Counted from the stretch's first letter, positions 1 to 9,660 are shown. The stretch: DNA of 64,000 bases from an uncultured Clostridia bacterium (GCA_934129745.1 CAKOWZ010000008.1:1-64000); one strand, 5' to 3'. A program made the numbers and translations. The notes: generated by a model from the sequence alone, not told the origin.

Positions 1-189
1 TTTAAATCTAATTAAATTATATTAAGTGTCTAAAAATATTGAAATCTAAGGAAATCCCCAGTTTAAAAAACTCATACTAATTCTGTGTTTATGTTGCAAA
101 ATAACATAAAATGTGATAAACTACAAATTAAGTAAATGTGCAAAAATAACCGATTAAATAATTATTTAACGAAAGGAGTTTGGCATATT

Positions 190-750
190 ATGAATATTTT
201 TGTAGGCTGTTCATCAAGGAATACTGAGAATGAAATTTACAATAGAATAGCTGAAGAAATAGGCAAATTTATTGTAAAAGAAGGTCACAATTTCGTTTTT
301 GGTGGTTGTGATTTGGGACTAATGGGAAAAATTTATGCAATAGTATCTAACGCACCAGAAAGCGAAATCATTATCACTATCGCAAAAGCATATGCAGATG
401 ATTTAAAGTCTCTTTCGTACAGTAAAGCATATATGTTTGATACTGTAAACGAAAGAAAAAATGCTTTTATTGATTTAGCTGATGTAATGATTTTTATACC
501 AGGTGGAATTGGAACTGTTGATGAATTACTAACAGCAATCGAAACAAGAAGAAACCACGAGCATAGTGTACCAATCATAGTAATAAACGGAAATGGATTT
601 TTTAACCAATTATTAAGTATGCTAGAACGAATTTATGATGAGGGCTTTGCGGATTCTAAAAATCGCCAGTTATATTTTGTGGCTGATACGGTAGATGAAG
701 CTATTGAATACTTGTCAGAGTTATCAAAAGAATCCAATAATAATTATTAA
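190..750 (+). CDS. LOG family protein (cytokinin riboside 5'-monophosphate phosphoribohydrolase-like / TIGR00730)
   Basis: VFGGCDLGLMG and PGGIGTVDEL motifs typical of the LOG/Rossmann family. RBS aaaggag at 172-178 precedes ATG 190. The track ORF 136..750 is in the same frame but its upstream ATG lacks an RBS. Confidence 0.75.
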   Translation: MNIFVGCSSRNTENEIYNRIAEEIGKFIVKEGHNFVFGGCDLGLMGKIYAIVSNAPESEIIITIAKAYADDLKSLSYSKAYMFDTVNERKNAFIDLADVMIFIPGGIGTVDELLTAIETRRNHEHSVPIIVINGNGFFNQLLSMLERIYDEGFADSKNRQLYFVADTVDEAIEYLSELSKESNNNY

Positions 751-763
751 GGAGGAAAAGCGT

Positions 764-958
764 ATGGCAAAACTTACATTTCTTTCTGTCTTAAAAAGTA
801 ACTTGAAATGTGCCTTTTGTAAAAAAGAGAATTGCCCTGTAAGGTATATGCCCCAAAGGAAAAAAACTCAGATTTACAATGGGACACGATATGTTAGAAG
901 ATGTGAAAAAGACCAGAAAGCACGTGAAGATGCAATTTTAAAAAAACGGCTTCCGTGA
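764..958 (+). CDS. small Cys-rich hypothetical protein (about 64 aa)
   Basis: RBS aggagg at 750-756 precedes ATG 764 (MAKLTFLSV...). Contains a CAFCKKENC...C pattern. No family recognised. Confidence 0.35.
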   Translation: MAKLTFLSVLKSNLKCAFCKKENCPVRYMPQRKKTQIYNGTRYVRRCEKDQKAREDAILKKRLP

Positions 959-1030
959 AAAGTTAGCCAACAGACAAGCAGAATGTATCATCTTTTAAAG
1001 GTGGTACATTTTGTTTTTATTTTTTAGAAA

Positions 1031-1184
1031 TTTATTGTAAGTTATTGTAATTTATGAAAAATATGATATACTTTAATAAATTGATTGGTATTTGTATCAA
1101 TCGTCAAGAGAGCCAAAAAGTTGTAGATAACTACTTCGTTCGCACCAATTTTTATAAAAAGAAGTCATACGACTTCTTTTTTTC
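1031..1184 (+). promoter_or_regulatory. repeated promoter/inverted-repeat/hairpin/terminator module, copy 1
   Basis: Candidate -10 tatgatatact, then inverted repeat ttgattggtatttgtatcaatcg, then conserved agttgtagataactac..gcaccaa, then hairpin gaagtcatacgacttc followed by a T7 run. The 5' part is near-identical to 3198-3270. Confidence 0.5.
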
Positions 1185-1277
1185 ATTTTAGCTATAGCTA
1201 AAGATTAATTTGAAATTTCTATCTACCTAGTTAGTAATATATCCATTTTTTAACATTGCTTCATAGTATGTGCCCTT

Positions 1278-1760
1278 TTGTTTACACATTTAAGTATACT
1301 TGATTTTTTAATTAAAATGTTGTCAAAAAGAACCGTCCCCTTTGACACTAGAGGAATGAAAAAGCAAGTTGGAAAAAGTAAATTGTTTACAAAGACAACA
1401 CTTACTGAAATACAAGATAAAATGAGAAATGCTTGTATTAAGTCATATAACAAATTTTATGAGGTTAATACACAATTAAAGAAAAAACAAAAAGGCAGGA
1501 ATCAAGATATAAATGTTAATGATATGGGTAATTATAGAAAAATCAAGAAACAATTAGAACAGAAAGAACAAAAACTTGAAAAAGCTAATAATCAAACGAA
1601 AAAACTGGATAATACAAGTACAGATATAACTGAAATATTAGATAATTTAAAACCTACTAAGTTAAACAAAAATAATATGCTTATTTCAAACGAGGATGTC
1701 CAGAAAATCAAAAATTATACCAAAGATGTAAAAAAATTACCAAAACAGTTAGAAATGTGA
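1278..1760 (+). CDS. hypothetical Lys-rich coiled-coil protein
   Basis: Track ORF. KKQLEQKEQKLEKANNQTKKLDN coiled-coil character. The start is uncertain. Overlaps the next ORF by ATGTGA. Confidence 0.35.
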   Translation: MFTHLSILDFLIKMLSKRTVPFDTRGMKKQVGKSKLFTKTTLTEIQDKMRNACIKSYNKFYEVNTQLKKKQKGRNQDINVNDMGNYRKIKKQLEQKEQKLEKANNQTKKLDNTSTDITEILDNLKPTKLNKNNMLISNEDVQKIKNYTKDVKKLPKQLEM

Positions 1761-2173
1761 ATGACTTAAATATGGCGATTAAAGATTTTGAACATTCTGC
1801 TTTTGAAATAGAAAAGGAAAATCGTTCCCTTAAATATGAAATAGAACTAAAAGATAATGAAATTGGTAGTTTGAAAAAGGAACTATCTACTAAAGACAAG
1901 ATTATTAACAAGTTACAAGCTGACAAAGAAAAAATAAAACAAGAATTGCAGAAGTTTAAAGGCTTTTGGCATAGCATTATGAGCCATTTCCACAAAAGAA
2001 TTTGCTATGATAAAGATAATAACTATAAAATTGTAAGTGATGACCTATATAAAAATGGCATATTTGACGACAATGATAATGAAATTGCAAATAATATTGC
2101 TAGAAAAATAACAATCCCAGAAGAAAACAAGCAAACTAAGAATAAAAAGAGAAATAACAATACTAGAGTTTAA
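1757..2173 (+). CDS. hypothetical coiled-coil protein
   Basis: Track ORF with a GTG start overlapping the upstream stop (GTGA). Lys/Glu-rich heptad-like sequence. Confidence 0.35.
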   Translation: MNDLNMAIKDFEHSAFEIEKENRSLKYEIELKDNEIGSLKKELSTKDKIINKLQADKEKIKQELQKFKGFWHSIMSHFHKRICYDKDNNYKIVSDDLYKNGIFDDNDNEIANNIARKITIPEENKQTKNKKRNNNTRV

Positions 2174-2187
2174 AGGAGGAAAAAACT

Positions 2188-2481
2188 ATGGAAGAAAATA
2201 AAGTTGAAAATGTAATATATATAATTAAAGGTATGGATATAAAAGATAAATTAAGATTAGGAATATGCTTAACTACAAGTGATTGGACTAATATTTTATA
2301 TAATAAAACTGAGATGTATGAAAAGTTTGATACTATGCTAAAAGAAGTTGATGAAAAATATAGAACTACTTTAATAAATTTTGCTAAATATAAACTTGTA
2401 ATGTTTACAATGGCAAAAATTATGGAAATGGAACAAGTTGAACAAAATAAGGTTGTTCTATATTTGTTTAATAATGTATAG
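2188..2481 (+). CDS. hypothetical protein
   Basis: Strong RBS aaaggagga 8 nt before ATG 2188. Confidence 0.5.
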   Translation: MEENKVENVIYIIKGMDIKDKLRLGICLTTSDWTNILYNKTEMYEKFDTMLKEVDEKYRTTLINFAKYKLVMFTMAKIMEMEQVEQNKVVLYLFNNV

Positions 2482-2594
2482 AAATACAACCAATATTTGT
2501 TGAAATATTATGTAAAATATGGTATAATAAAGAAGTAAACTGTTTGTGAAAGGTCAGATAATTCACACGTCGAATAGCTATGGAGGTGCTACTT

Positions 2595-3143
2595 ATGATA
2601 GAACAATTAGAATTGATGATTGCAAATCGGTATTTCGAGCGACGGATGAGAACAATCTTTGTAGATAGGGTTTGCGCAAAAGGAATAGAAACATTTGAAC
2701 AGTACTTGTCTTACAGATACCGAGATAATTGTTATTATTATAGCGGATATGCTATTATTGGATTAAAGGATGATGATTATCTTATGAGAGGTGACCTTTG
2801 TATCTCTGGTGATTTTATCTGGGGAAATGGAGGCTACTCACATGGTTGGGTTGAATTTAAGTATAAAGGCAAAGAATATGTTTTTGATTCTATGTGCAAA
2901 GGTGTAGTTCCTAAAATTGAATGGTATGAAGAATTTAAACCTAAAGTAAAATTCAGACATTCAAAAAAGGAGATTATCGAAAGTTTCAAAGGTAAGCTTC
3001 AGTCTATATCAAAAAATTGCTACCAAGTTCAAGGCATTAATATTTCTGCTTATTATACAGGTAATGTATATGAGGGCGGAAAATTATTTACACAAGGTGA
3101 AAAAGTAAAAAAATTTATTGCATATGCTGAACCTAGTGGCTAA
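2595..3143 (+). CDS. hypothetical protein
   Basis: RBS ggaggtg at 2582-2588 precedes ATG 2595. Candidate promoter ttgaaa-17-tggtataat at about 2500-2530. Contains GWVEF and CYYYSGY patches that I do not recognise. Confidence 0.5.
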   Translation: MIEQLELMIANRYFERRMRTIFVDRVCAKGIETFEQYLSYRYRDNCYYYSGYAIIGLKDDDYLMRGDLCISGDFIWGNGGYSHGWVEFKYKGKEYVFDSMCKGVVPKIEWYEEFKPKVKFRHSKKEIIESFKGKLQSISKNCYQVQGINISAYYTGNVYEGGKLFTQGEKVKKFIAYAEPSG

Positions 3144-3197
3144 ATTGAATCGGACAATAACTGACCTATTGTCCGATTTGTTTTAAATTTTGTAAAA

Positions 3198-3413
3198 AAT
3201 TTATTGTAATTTATCAAAAATATGATATACTTTAATAAATTGATTGATATTTGTATCAATCGTTAAAGGTGTGAAAAAAAGTTGTAGATATCTACGCCGT
3301 TGGCACCAAAGGTGGATTTACTTGAACTCGTAAAAAGCATTGCTATAAGCGGGTTCAAAAAAATCCAAAAAGAATATCATTAAAAAGTCGATTTACTTCG
3401 GCTTATTTTTTTG
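3198..3413 (+). promoter_or_regulatory. repeated promoter/inverted-repeat/hairpin/terminator module, copy 2
   Basis: Same -10 (tatgatatact) and inverted repeat ttgattgatatttgtatcaatcg as 1031-1100. The conserved hairpin is gtagatatctac (copy 1 has gtagataactac). It ends in a hairpin plus T7 run. Confidence 0.5.
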
Positions 3414-3770
3414 TTCTTTTTTCTTCGGTGCAGTAGCCTCCTAAAAAAGAAAAAATAGCATCAATAGAAAATCATACAATAATTTGAATCTTTTCGTTAG
3501 TTGTTATTGTCAATACAAAATTGTAAATTTTTATTTAGTCCGTTTTGTACAATTTTATTTTGCCTGGATTTTAATTTTATATAGTGTTTTAGAAAGTTAT
3601 GATGAAATAGAAAAATTACAAAGGACATTATTACTTTATGATATTTCAGAAGCATTAAGAGAAAATCTATGATATGAAATATAGAAGTAAATATGAAAAT
3701 TTTTACAAAAAATATAGTTTCTTTATGAAAGATATGGTATACTAATAAATAGATAGGAGTGTGATAAATT

Positions 3771-4043
3771 ATGTATCCATTTTGTAAATATAGTGATGGA
3801 ACAGAAGTCGTTTTTTCTGGTATTATAAAAAATGAAAATGGAGAAGAAACAATACAAATCCATTTTGAAAGACCAACAGAAAATGGTTTTGACAGTGTTA
3901 GATTTGAATTACCAAGTTATAAAATAATAGATAAAGAAGGAAATTACACAGATGAAGAGATAGAACTATTTAGAACAGTAGTAGAGTGTGGAGCACCATC
4001 ATTTTTTAGATGGGCTAGAGAAGGAGGAATTAAAATTGCCTAG
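3771..4043 (+). CDS. hypothetical small protein (possible DUF2442-like partner of DUF4160)
   Basis: RBS ataggag precedes ATG 3771. The stop overlaps the RBS/start of the downstream DUF4160-like gene. Confidence 0.4.
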   Translation: MYPFCKYSDGTEVVFSGIIKNENGEETIQIHFERPTENGFDSVRFELPSYKIIDKEGNYTDEEIELFRTVVECGAPSFFRWAREGGIKIA

Positions 4044-4315
4044 TATTATAGAAGCAATGCGGATATAAAATATATTTCTGGTCAAATGAAAATTCCGAGC
4101 CAATTCATGTCCACATATCAAAAGGGTCACCTACACCAAACTCCACAAAAGTTTGGCTTACACAAAAAGGTGGTTGTATAGTAGCAAATAATAATAGTAA
4201 AATTCCAGAAAAAGAATTAAGAGCAATATTAGAAATAATAGCAAATAACTATTTCTTAATAATATCAAGATGGAAAAAACACTTTCCAAGCTTCGAACTT
4301 AAATTTTATTGCTAG
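4036..4315 (+). pseudogene. DUF4160-family protein, apparently frameshifted
   Basis: TTG 4036 sits behind RBS aggagg and reads LPSIIEAMRI then stops. From 4061 the +1 frame reads GYKIYFWSNENSEPIHVHISKG...LRAILEIIANNYFLIISRWKKHF to the stop at 4315. This matches the DUF4160 pattern (MP.I..F.GI.I.MY.NDH.PPHFH). Confidence 0.5.
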
Positions 4316-4477
4316 AAGAAAAAATGTAATTATCGAAATAATATCTAACATCATAAAGAGGTTGATAAATAAAGTCAGCTTCTTTTTTGTGCCTTCAAAG
4401 CGAAAGGAAGTCAAAAAGATTTGAGAGAATATGAAGCAAGATAAATAATTAAACAAAAATTTTGATAAAAATAAAAA

Positions 4478-4510
4478 GAGGGTGCCCATATTGATGGTAC
4501 CCTCCCAAAA
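4478..4510 (-). terminator. rho-independent terminator of the flotillin gene
   Basis: On the minus strand: hairpin ggagggtacc...ggcaccctc followed by TTTTTATTTTTAT. Confidence 0.6.
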
Positions 4511-4555
4511 GAATGTAGTGGATTAGTAACTAACTTAAGAGTTTATACTGTAGAT

Positions 4556-6280
4556 TTAGTTTTGATTTTTTTCAGCTACGGAAGTTTCTTCTGAAGATTT
4601 TTTCAAAGCACCAAGGCCACTTAAAGTTGCATCAGATAATCCCTTGATTTCGTTAGTCATTGACTGTCCGTTAAGAGCCTGATTTTCAACATTGAGCACC
4701 TTCATTATTCCAGGAATGGACATGATAGTGTCAATAAGAACATTACCAGTTCCTCCATTACCATTAAGGCTAGGAAGATTTCCGCCACCAATATTGACAA
4801 ACTCAGCATTCTGACCGATATTGGCCATAATTTCTGCTGTGCTAGTAGCAATCTTAATCTGAGCATCAGTCTGAATTTTCAACTTCTCAATCTCAAAGTT
4901 GACCTTTTCATTAGCAGCTCGTGCTTCGGCAAGTGCGCGTTCACCTTCTGCTTCAGCAAGTTTTTTAGCTTTGATACCTTCTGCTTCAGCCAACTGCTGA
5001 GCTTTCGTACCTTCTGCTTCAGCGAGAAGTTGGGCCTTACGACCTTCTGCTTCAGCTACCTGCTGAGCCTTAACAACATCTGCTGCAGCAGTACCTTCTG
5101 CACGAGTCTTGGCAGCAGCAGCTTCCGCTTCCAATTTTACTGCATTTGCATCCTTTTCAGCAACAGCAACACGTGCTGTTGCCTCAGTTTTCTGAACGTC
5201 TGCATTACCTTCTGCCTCCTTGCGCTTGGCATTAGCCTTACGCTCAGCTACCTGAATTTCATTATCAGCTTCAATAGACTTAACATTAGCCGCAGCTTCT
5301 GCATTAATGAGCATAGTAGCCTTTTCTGATTCAGCACGAGTAATCTTAACTTCTCTTTCCTTCTGTGCTGCCAGATTCATTTGCTCCTGCTTCATAATCT
5401 CAACAGCACCACGCTGTTCTTCAACTTCTTTCTGTCTTACAGTTGTTTGAAGTTCTTTCGCAACTTCAGCATTAGCTTGGGCAGTGTCTGTCTCAATACG
5501 GAACTGAGCAATTTTCATGTCAGTTTCCTTTCGTTTTTCCTTTTCTGCTTGTTCAGCATCCATTCTAGCAATTTCCGCCTCACGTTTTGCTTCAGCTTCA
5601 GCTTTTTCTGCTGAAAGACTTTCTAAAGCCTTACGTTCACGAGTGATACGATCAGTTTCAGCAGCCTTGATATCAGCAGCTTTCTGCTTCTCGGATTTAT
5701 CGAGGAATGCAATGTTAGCAAAATAGCCATTACGATCGGTAATATCCTGAATGTTAAGGGAAACGAGCTCAAGTCCCATCTTGTTCATCTCATCCTCAAC
5801 AGACACCTGAACATTTTTCTTAAATACTTCTTTGTCAGCAAGAACTTCCTCAGGTGTCATGCTTGCAACAACATCGCGAACAGCACCCATAAGAGTAAGT
5901 CGAACATCGTCGATAATACCATTCTTACCTCTTTCTTTAAATGAGATAATGGCAGTTTCAAGCTGAGTATGGTCTCGCCTGTCAGGACGAATCTGAGCTG
6001 TCCAGTCAACAATAATCGGAACTGCTGTTTTTGTCATAATCTCATCTTCATCGGCAGGTACTGTAAGCATACAGAGATCAAAAAAATCCGCTTTCCGAAT
6101 AATCGGAATCACAAAAGCACCACCAGAGATAATAACTTTAGGTTTCTTACCACCAGTAATGATAAGGGCTTTGTCAACGTCTGCAATGCGATACATGGAC
6201 TTTGCAAGCAGAATAACTGCAACAAGTACGACAAGTGCAATCACTATAGGAATAATAATAGATAAAATCGTATGCATCAT
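4556..6280 (-). CDS. flotillin-like SPFH/band-7 protein (YqiK/FloT-like)
   Basis: N-terminal hydrophobic hairpin, an SPFH region, and a long Ala/Glu-rich EA-repeat coiled coil (AEAEGRKAQLLAEAEGTKAQQLAEAEG). RBS aaaggag sits 6 nt before the ATGATG at 6280. The track ORF extends to 6370 without an RBS. Confidence 0.85.
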   Translation of the reverse strand: MMHTILSIIIPIVIALVVLVAVILLAKSMYRIADVDKALIITGGKKPKVIISGGAFVIPIIRKADFFDLCMLTVPADEDEIMTKTAVPIIVDWTAQIRPDRRDHTQLETAIISFKERGKNGIIDDVRLTLMGAVRDVVASMTPEEVLADKEVFKKNVQVSVEDEMNKMGLELVSLNIQDITDRNGYFANIAFLDKSEKQKAADIKAAETDRITRERKALESLSAEKAEAEAKREAEIARMDAEQAEKEKRKETDMKIAQFRIETDTAQANAEVAKELQTTVRQKEVEEQRGAVEIMKQEQMNLAAQKEREVKITRAESEKATMLINAEAAANVKSIEADNEIQVAERKANAKRKEAEGNADVQKTEATARVAVAEKDANAVKLEAEAAAAKTRAEGTAAADVVKAQQVAEAEGRKAQLLAEAEGTKAQQLAEAEGIKAKKLAEAEGERALAEARAANEKVNFEIEKLKIQTDAQIKIATSTAEIMANIGQNAEFVNIGGGNLPSLNGNGGTGNVLIDTIMSIPGIMKVLNVENQALNGQSMTNEIKGLSDATLSGLGALKKSSEETSVAEKNQN

Positions 6281-6718
6281 AAGCATCTCCTTTTGATTTA
6301 AATCAATATTTTCCACTACATTATTCTTTTGTTGTACAGAATAAAACTCTACATCCGGATTATACCACACTTTTTCGCTTATGTAAACTCTTTAAAACTA
6401 GTATTTTTCGCTTTTGCCTATTTTTCGAGATTTAGCAACAAGAAACTTTAACATAAAACATAAAAAACATATGAAAAAAACATTATTTACTCAAATATTT
6501 TTTCATATGTAAAATCTTTTATTTTTTAGTGTACAAAAGGGGAGTAATATTGGAAAGTTTGTGTAAACTTTCCGATATTCTTAACTTTAGAGAAAAAACT
6601 CAGCTATGCTCGATGTCAACAAATCTATCAAACATGCATCACTAAGCAAACAATTCAACATGCTAGAAAAATCATATTTATTTCACAAACTTTTAAATAA
6701 ACCTCAATAAATAATATA

Positions 6719-6762
6719 AAAACAGATTAAGCAAAATTATTTGCTTAATCTGTTTTTTATAC
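6719..6762. terminator. bidirectional hairpin terminator
   Basis: aaacagattaagcaaa-ttat-ttgcttaatctgttt is flanked by A/T runs on both sides. It lies downstream of the minus-strand gene 6798..7901. Confidence 0.6.
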
Positions 6763-6797
6763 TTACACGAATTAAAGTATGATCCAACTAGAAGATA

Positions 6798-7901
6798 TTA
6801 AATATCAACCGAGAATCTCTTCAAATAATCCATCTCAGAAGAGCTTAAATCAAAATGTGAAACAATTATGTCACAAGCCTCATTAAGGCTAATATTATTA
6901 AGCATTCTGCCTTTCTGGCGAATTGAAGTTGGATACTTTAACACCCCTTGGCTACACTTGTAAAAAAGAGCATAATTCTTAAGTAGTTCACCAAGTGATG
7001 GAAACTCGAAAGTAGCGGAACAAGTGTTATAACTTTGCTCTTCCAGCTTTTTATGAAGTTTTTCAATTTCTTTATCCATCTTAGAAAGGATGTTATCTTT
7101 TTTTTCATTGAAAATCTTCATAGAAGAAGCTGTTGTTGGATTGATCTCAGATTTAAGTTCAGAGATCTTTTTCTGATATTTTTTCTCAATATCTTTTTCA
7201 AGATTCTCATTCTGAATTTTCTCATTATCACCTAGTTTTTTTAACCAGCTAATGAGTTGAGGACCATTTATTTTTAAAGCAATATTCACTTCAATAATAA
7301 AACGCCTTACAGCAGTGAATATCCTAGAAAAATAATTGCATTCCTGGATTTCATTACCAAGGAATATGTAGTCACCTCCTGTAACCAAAGAATGTTTTTC
7401 CTTGAAATTGATATTATCTGAATCTATGCTTTTAAATGAAACTAATTCATGAGATAAAAAAACATAAAATTTCAGAATTTTATCATCTCCTAATTGACGA
7501 ATTTTCTTTTCGTTTGATTTAAGAGTGATTTGAGCTTTTTGAATCTCCTTAAAGAAAGCTTTTTCAGCTTCATCAATAAGTAAATCAGCCTGACCAACAT
7601 TTTCAATAATTGCCAACTTTTCGAAGGCAGCATATGGCTCAAATTGATTTAAATACCATGAAAACATGTATAGCAGGTTACTTATATGAACAAGTTTTTC
7701 ATCAGCCCTTATGGTTATGGCTTTGAGACAATTGTTCATGATAGATTCAGCCATTATGTCAGATATTAAACCAAGATGTTTTGATGCAATTCCAAGTATT
7801 TGAATAAAATACTGTATAAATGCATCAGAATCATTTAATACAAAATTCTGGGAATTAAACCGCTCAGAGTCATGTGCCTTTTTGGTAAGTAATTCATTCA
7901 T
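6798..7901 (-). CDS. hypothetical protein (367 aa, no recognised domain)
   Basis: RBS aggagga precedes the ATG at 7901. Isolated monocistronic gene divergent from glmM. Confidence 0.55.
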   Translation of the reverse strand: MNELLTKKAHDSERFNSQNFVLNDSDAFIQYFIQILGIASKHLGLISDIMAESIMNNCLKAITIRADEKLVHISNLLYMFSWYLNQFEPYAAFEKLAIIENVGQADLLIDEAEKAFFKEIQKAQITLKSNEKKIRQLGDDKILKFYVFLSHELVSFKSIDSDNINFKEKHSLVTGGDYIFLGNEIQECNYFSRIFTAVRRFIIEVNIALKINGPQLISWLKKLGDNEKIQNENLEKDIEKKYQKKISELKSEINPTTASSMKIFNEKKDNILSKMDKEIEKLHKKLEEQSYNTCSATFEFPSLGELLKNYALFYKCSQGVLKYPTSIRQKGRMLNNISLNEACDIIVSHFDLSSSEMDYLKRFSVDI

Positions 7902-8232
7902 AGTAAATTCCTCCTGAATGTAAAAATGTGTGAATTTATGTGTGGAAAAATTATATCATATTATGTTAATCATGTCAAGACTTTTAATGTCAAAAAACTA
8001 CCTTCGCTCATGTCAAAAAATTACCTTGCCAAAAATGTTTCAAAACAACTTTACCTCTAATTGTTTCATTCAAACATCAAAAAAATCTTATTATAAACAT
8101 TGACTATCATATCACAAAAATGTATAATACTAAAGAAAAATAATATAAATTAAATAATTCGCAAAGAAGAAAAATAAAATCCAAACAATCTTCTATACGG
8201 AAATTTACAAAAAGAGAGGAATTGATTTTATT

Positions 8233-9597
8233 ATGAGAAAATATTTTGGAACAGATGGAATTAGAAGAATTGCAAATACAGAGCTTTCTCCTGAGTTAGT
8301 TTATAGAGTAGCAAAAGCAGGAGCATATGTATTATCAAAACATACAGATCATGCACCAACAATTTTAATAGGAAGAGATACACGTATTTCTGGAACATTA
8401 ATAGAAAGTGCTATGACAGCAGGATTTTTAAGCTATGGAGCAAATGTAAAAATCTTAGATATAATGCCAACACCTGCAGTTGCATATTTAACAAGAAGAT
8501 TTAAAGCAGATGCCAGTGTTGTAATTTCTGCATCACACAATACTTTTGAATTTAATGGAGTAAAATATTTTAGTAATAAAGGTATGAAAATTCCAGATGA
8601 ATTAGAAGAAGAGATTGAAGAAGTAATGGATTCAGGGAAGATTGATGATTTAACAGCTGTTAATGAAAAAATAGGCGTTTCTGAAATTAGAACAGATTTA
8701 CTAGATGAATATGTATATTTCTTTAGAAAAAACTTTGAAGAAGAATTAGAACAATTTGACAAACAAAACTTTGTTGTTGCCATTGATACAGCAAATGGAG
8801 CAACATCAGTTGTAGCTGATAAAATTTTTAAAGTATTAGGAATTAATCACAAAATTATAAATGATCAACCAAATGGAATCAATATTAATGATAATTGTGG
8901 TTCAACACATTTAGAAGGATTAAAAAAATTTGTTGTAGAAAACAAATGCAATTTAGGAATTGCTTATGATGGTGATGGTGATAGATGCTTAGCCGTTGAT
9001 GAAAATGGAAATGAAATAGATGGAGACAAAATATTAGCAATTTTGTCAAATTCATTTAAACAAAAAGGAATATTAAAAAATAATACAGTTGTTGCAACAG
9101 TTATGAGTAATTTAGGATTAAATAAATATGCAAAATCAAATGACATCAATTTTGTTCAAACAAAAGTAGGAGATAGATATGTTTTAGAAGAAATGCTTAA
9201 AAATGGATATAACCTAGGAGGAGAACAATCAGGACATGTAATTTGCTTAGACTATAACCCAACAGGTGACGGAATTTTAACATCAATTTTATTAATAAGA
9301 GCAATGCTTGAACAAAATAAATCAGCATCTGAAATATCAAGTATCATGAAAGCTTACCCACAAGTTTTAGTAAATGCAAAAGTAAAAAATGATAAAAAAG
9401 ATGAATATAAAAATGACTCAGAAATCAAAGAAGAAATTGATAAATTAGAAAAAGAATTTTCTGGAAATGGTAGAGTTCTAATTAGAGCATCTGGCACAGA
9501 GCCTTTAATTAGAGTTATGATTGAAGGAGAAAACCAAGAATATATTAAAGAAAAAGCTACTAAATTAGCTAAACTTATTGAAACCAAACTTAGCTAA
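8233..9597 (+). CDS. glmM: phosphoglucosamine mutase
   Basis: GTDGIRR N-terminus, SASHNT phosphoserine loop, 454 aa. Candidate promoter ttgact-18-tgtataat at about 8099-8130. RBS agagagga. Confidence 0.88.
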   Translation: MRKYFGTDGIRRIANTELSPELVYRVAKAGAYVLSKHTDHAPTILIGRDTRISGTLIESAMTAGFLSYGANVKILDIMPTPAVAYLTRRFKADASVVISASHNTFEFNGVKYFSNKGMKIPDELEEEIEEVMDSGKIDDLTAVNEKIGVSEIRTDLLDEYVYFFRKNFEEELEQFDKQNFVVAIDTANGATSVVADKIFKVLGINHKIINDQPNGININDNCGSTHLEGLKKFVVENKCNLGIAYDGDGDRCLAVDENGNEIDGDKILAILSNSFKQKGILKNNTVVATVMSNLGLNKYAKSNDINFVQTKVGDRYVLEEMLKNGYNLGGEQSGHVICLDYNPTGDGILTSILLIRAMLEQNKSASEISSIMKAYPQVLVNAKVKNDKKDEYKNDSEIKEEIDKLEKEFSGNGRVLIRASGTEPLIRVMIEGENQEYIKEKATKLAKLIETKLS

Positions 9598-9660
9598 TGT
9601 GCAATTGGGGACGCGTCCTAATTGCACACTGTGTGCAACAGGGACGCGTCCCCAATTGTA
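9598..9660. repeat. GC-rich palindromic REP-like element (two units)
   Basis: gtgcaattggggacgcgtcctaattgcacac + tgtgtgcaacagggacgcgtccccaattg. It begins 2 nt after the glmM stop. Confidence 0.85.

Noticed and set aside
333-578. Minus-strand ORF 333..578 inside the LOG gene
   Set aside because: It is antisense to a motif-supported CDS, has no RBS, and a hydrophobic low-complexity translation.
3484-3672. ORF 3484..3672 (+, 62 aa)
   Set aside because: It has no RBS, lies in AT-rich spacer immediately after the terminator of repeated module copy 2, and has a hydrophobic low-complexity product.
5030-6265. Plus-strand ORFs (5030..5329, 5381..5614, 5517..5726, 5969..6265) inside the flotillin gene
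   Set aside because: They are antisense to a well-supported 575-aa flotillin CDS, have low-complexity S/F/C-rich translations and no RBS. They are artefacts of the Ala/Glu-rich repeat read in the reverse direction.
8000-8232. glmS ribozyme or c-di-AMP riboswitch upstream of glmM
   Set aside because: The glmS ribozyme belongs upstream of glmS, not glmM. The 5' region is AT-rich with only a sigma-A-like promoter and no conserved ribozyme core.
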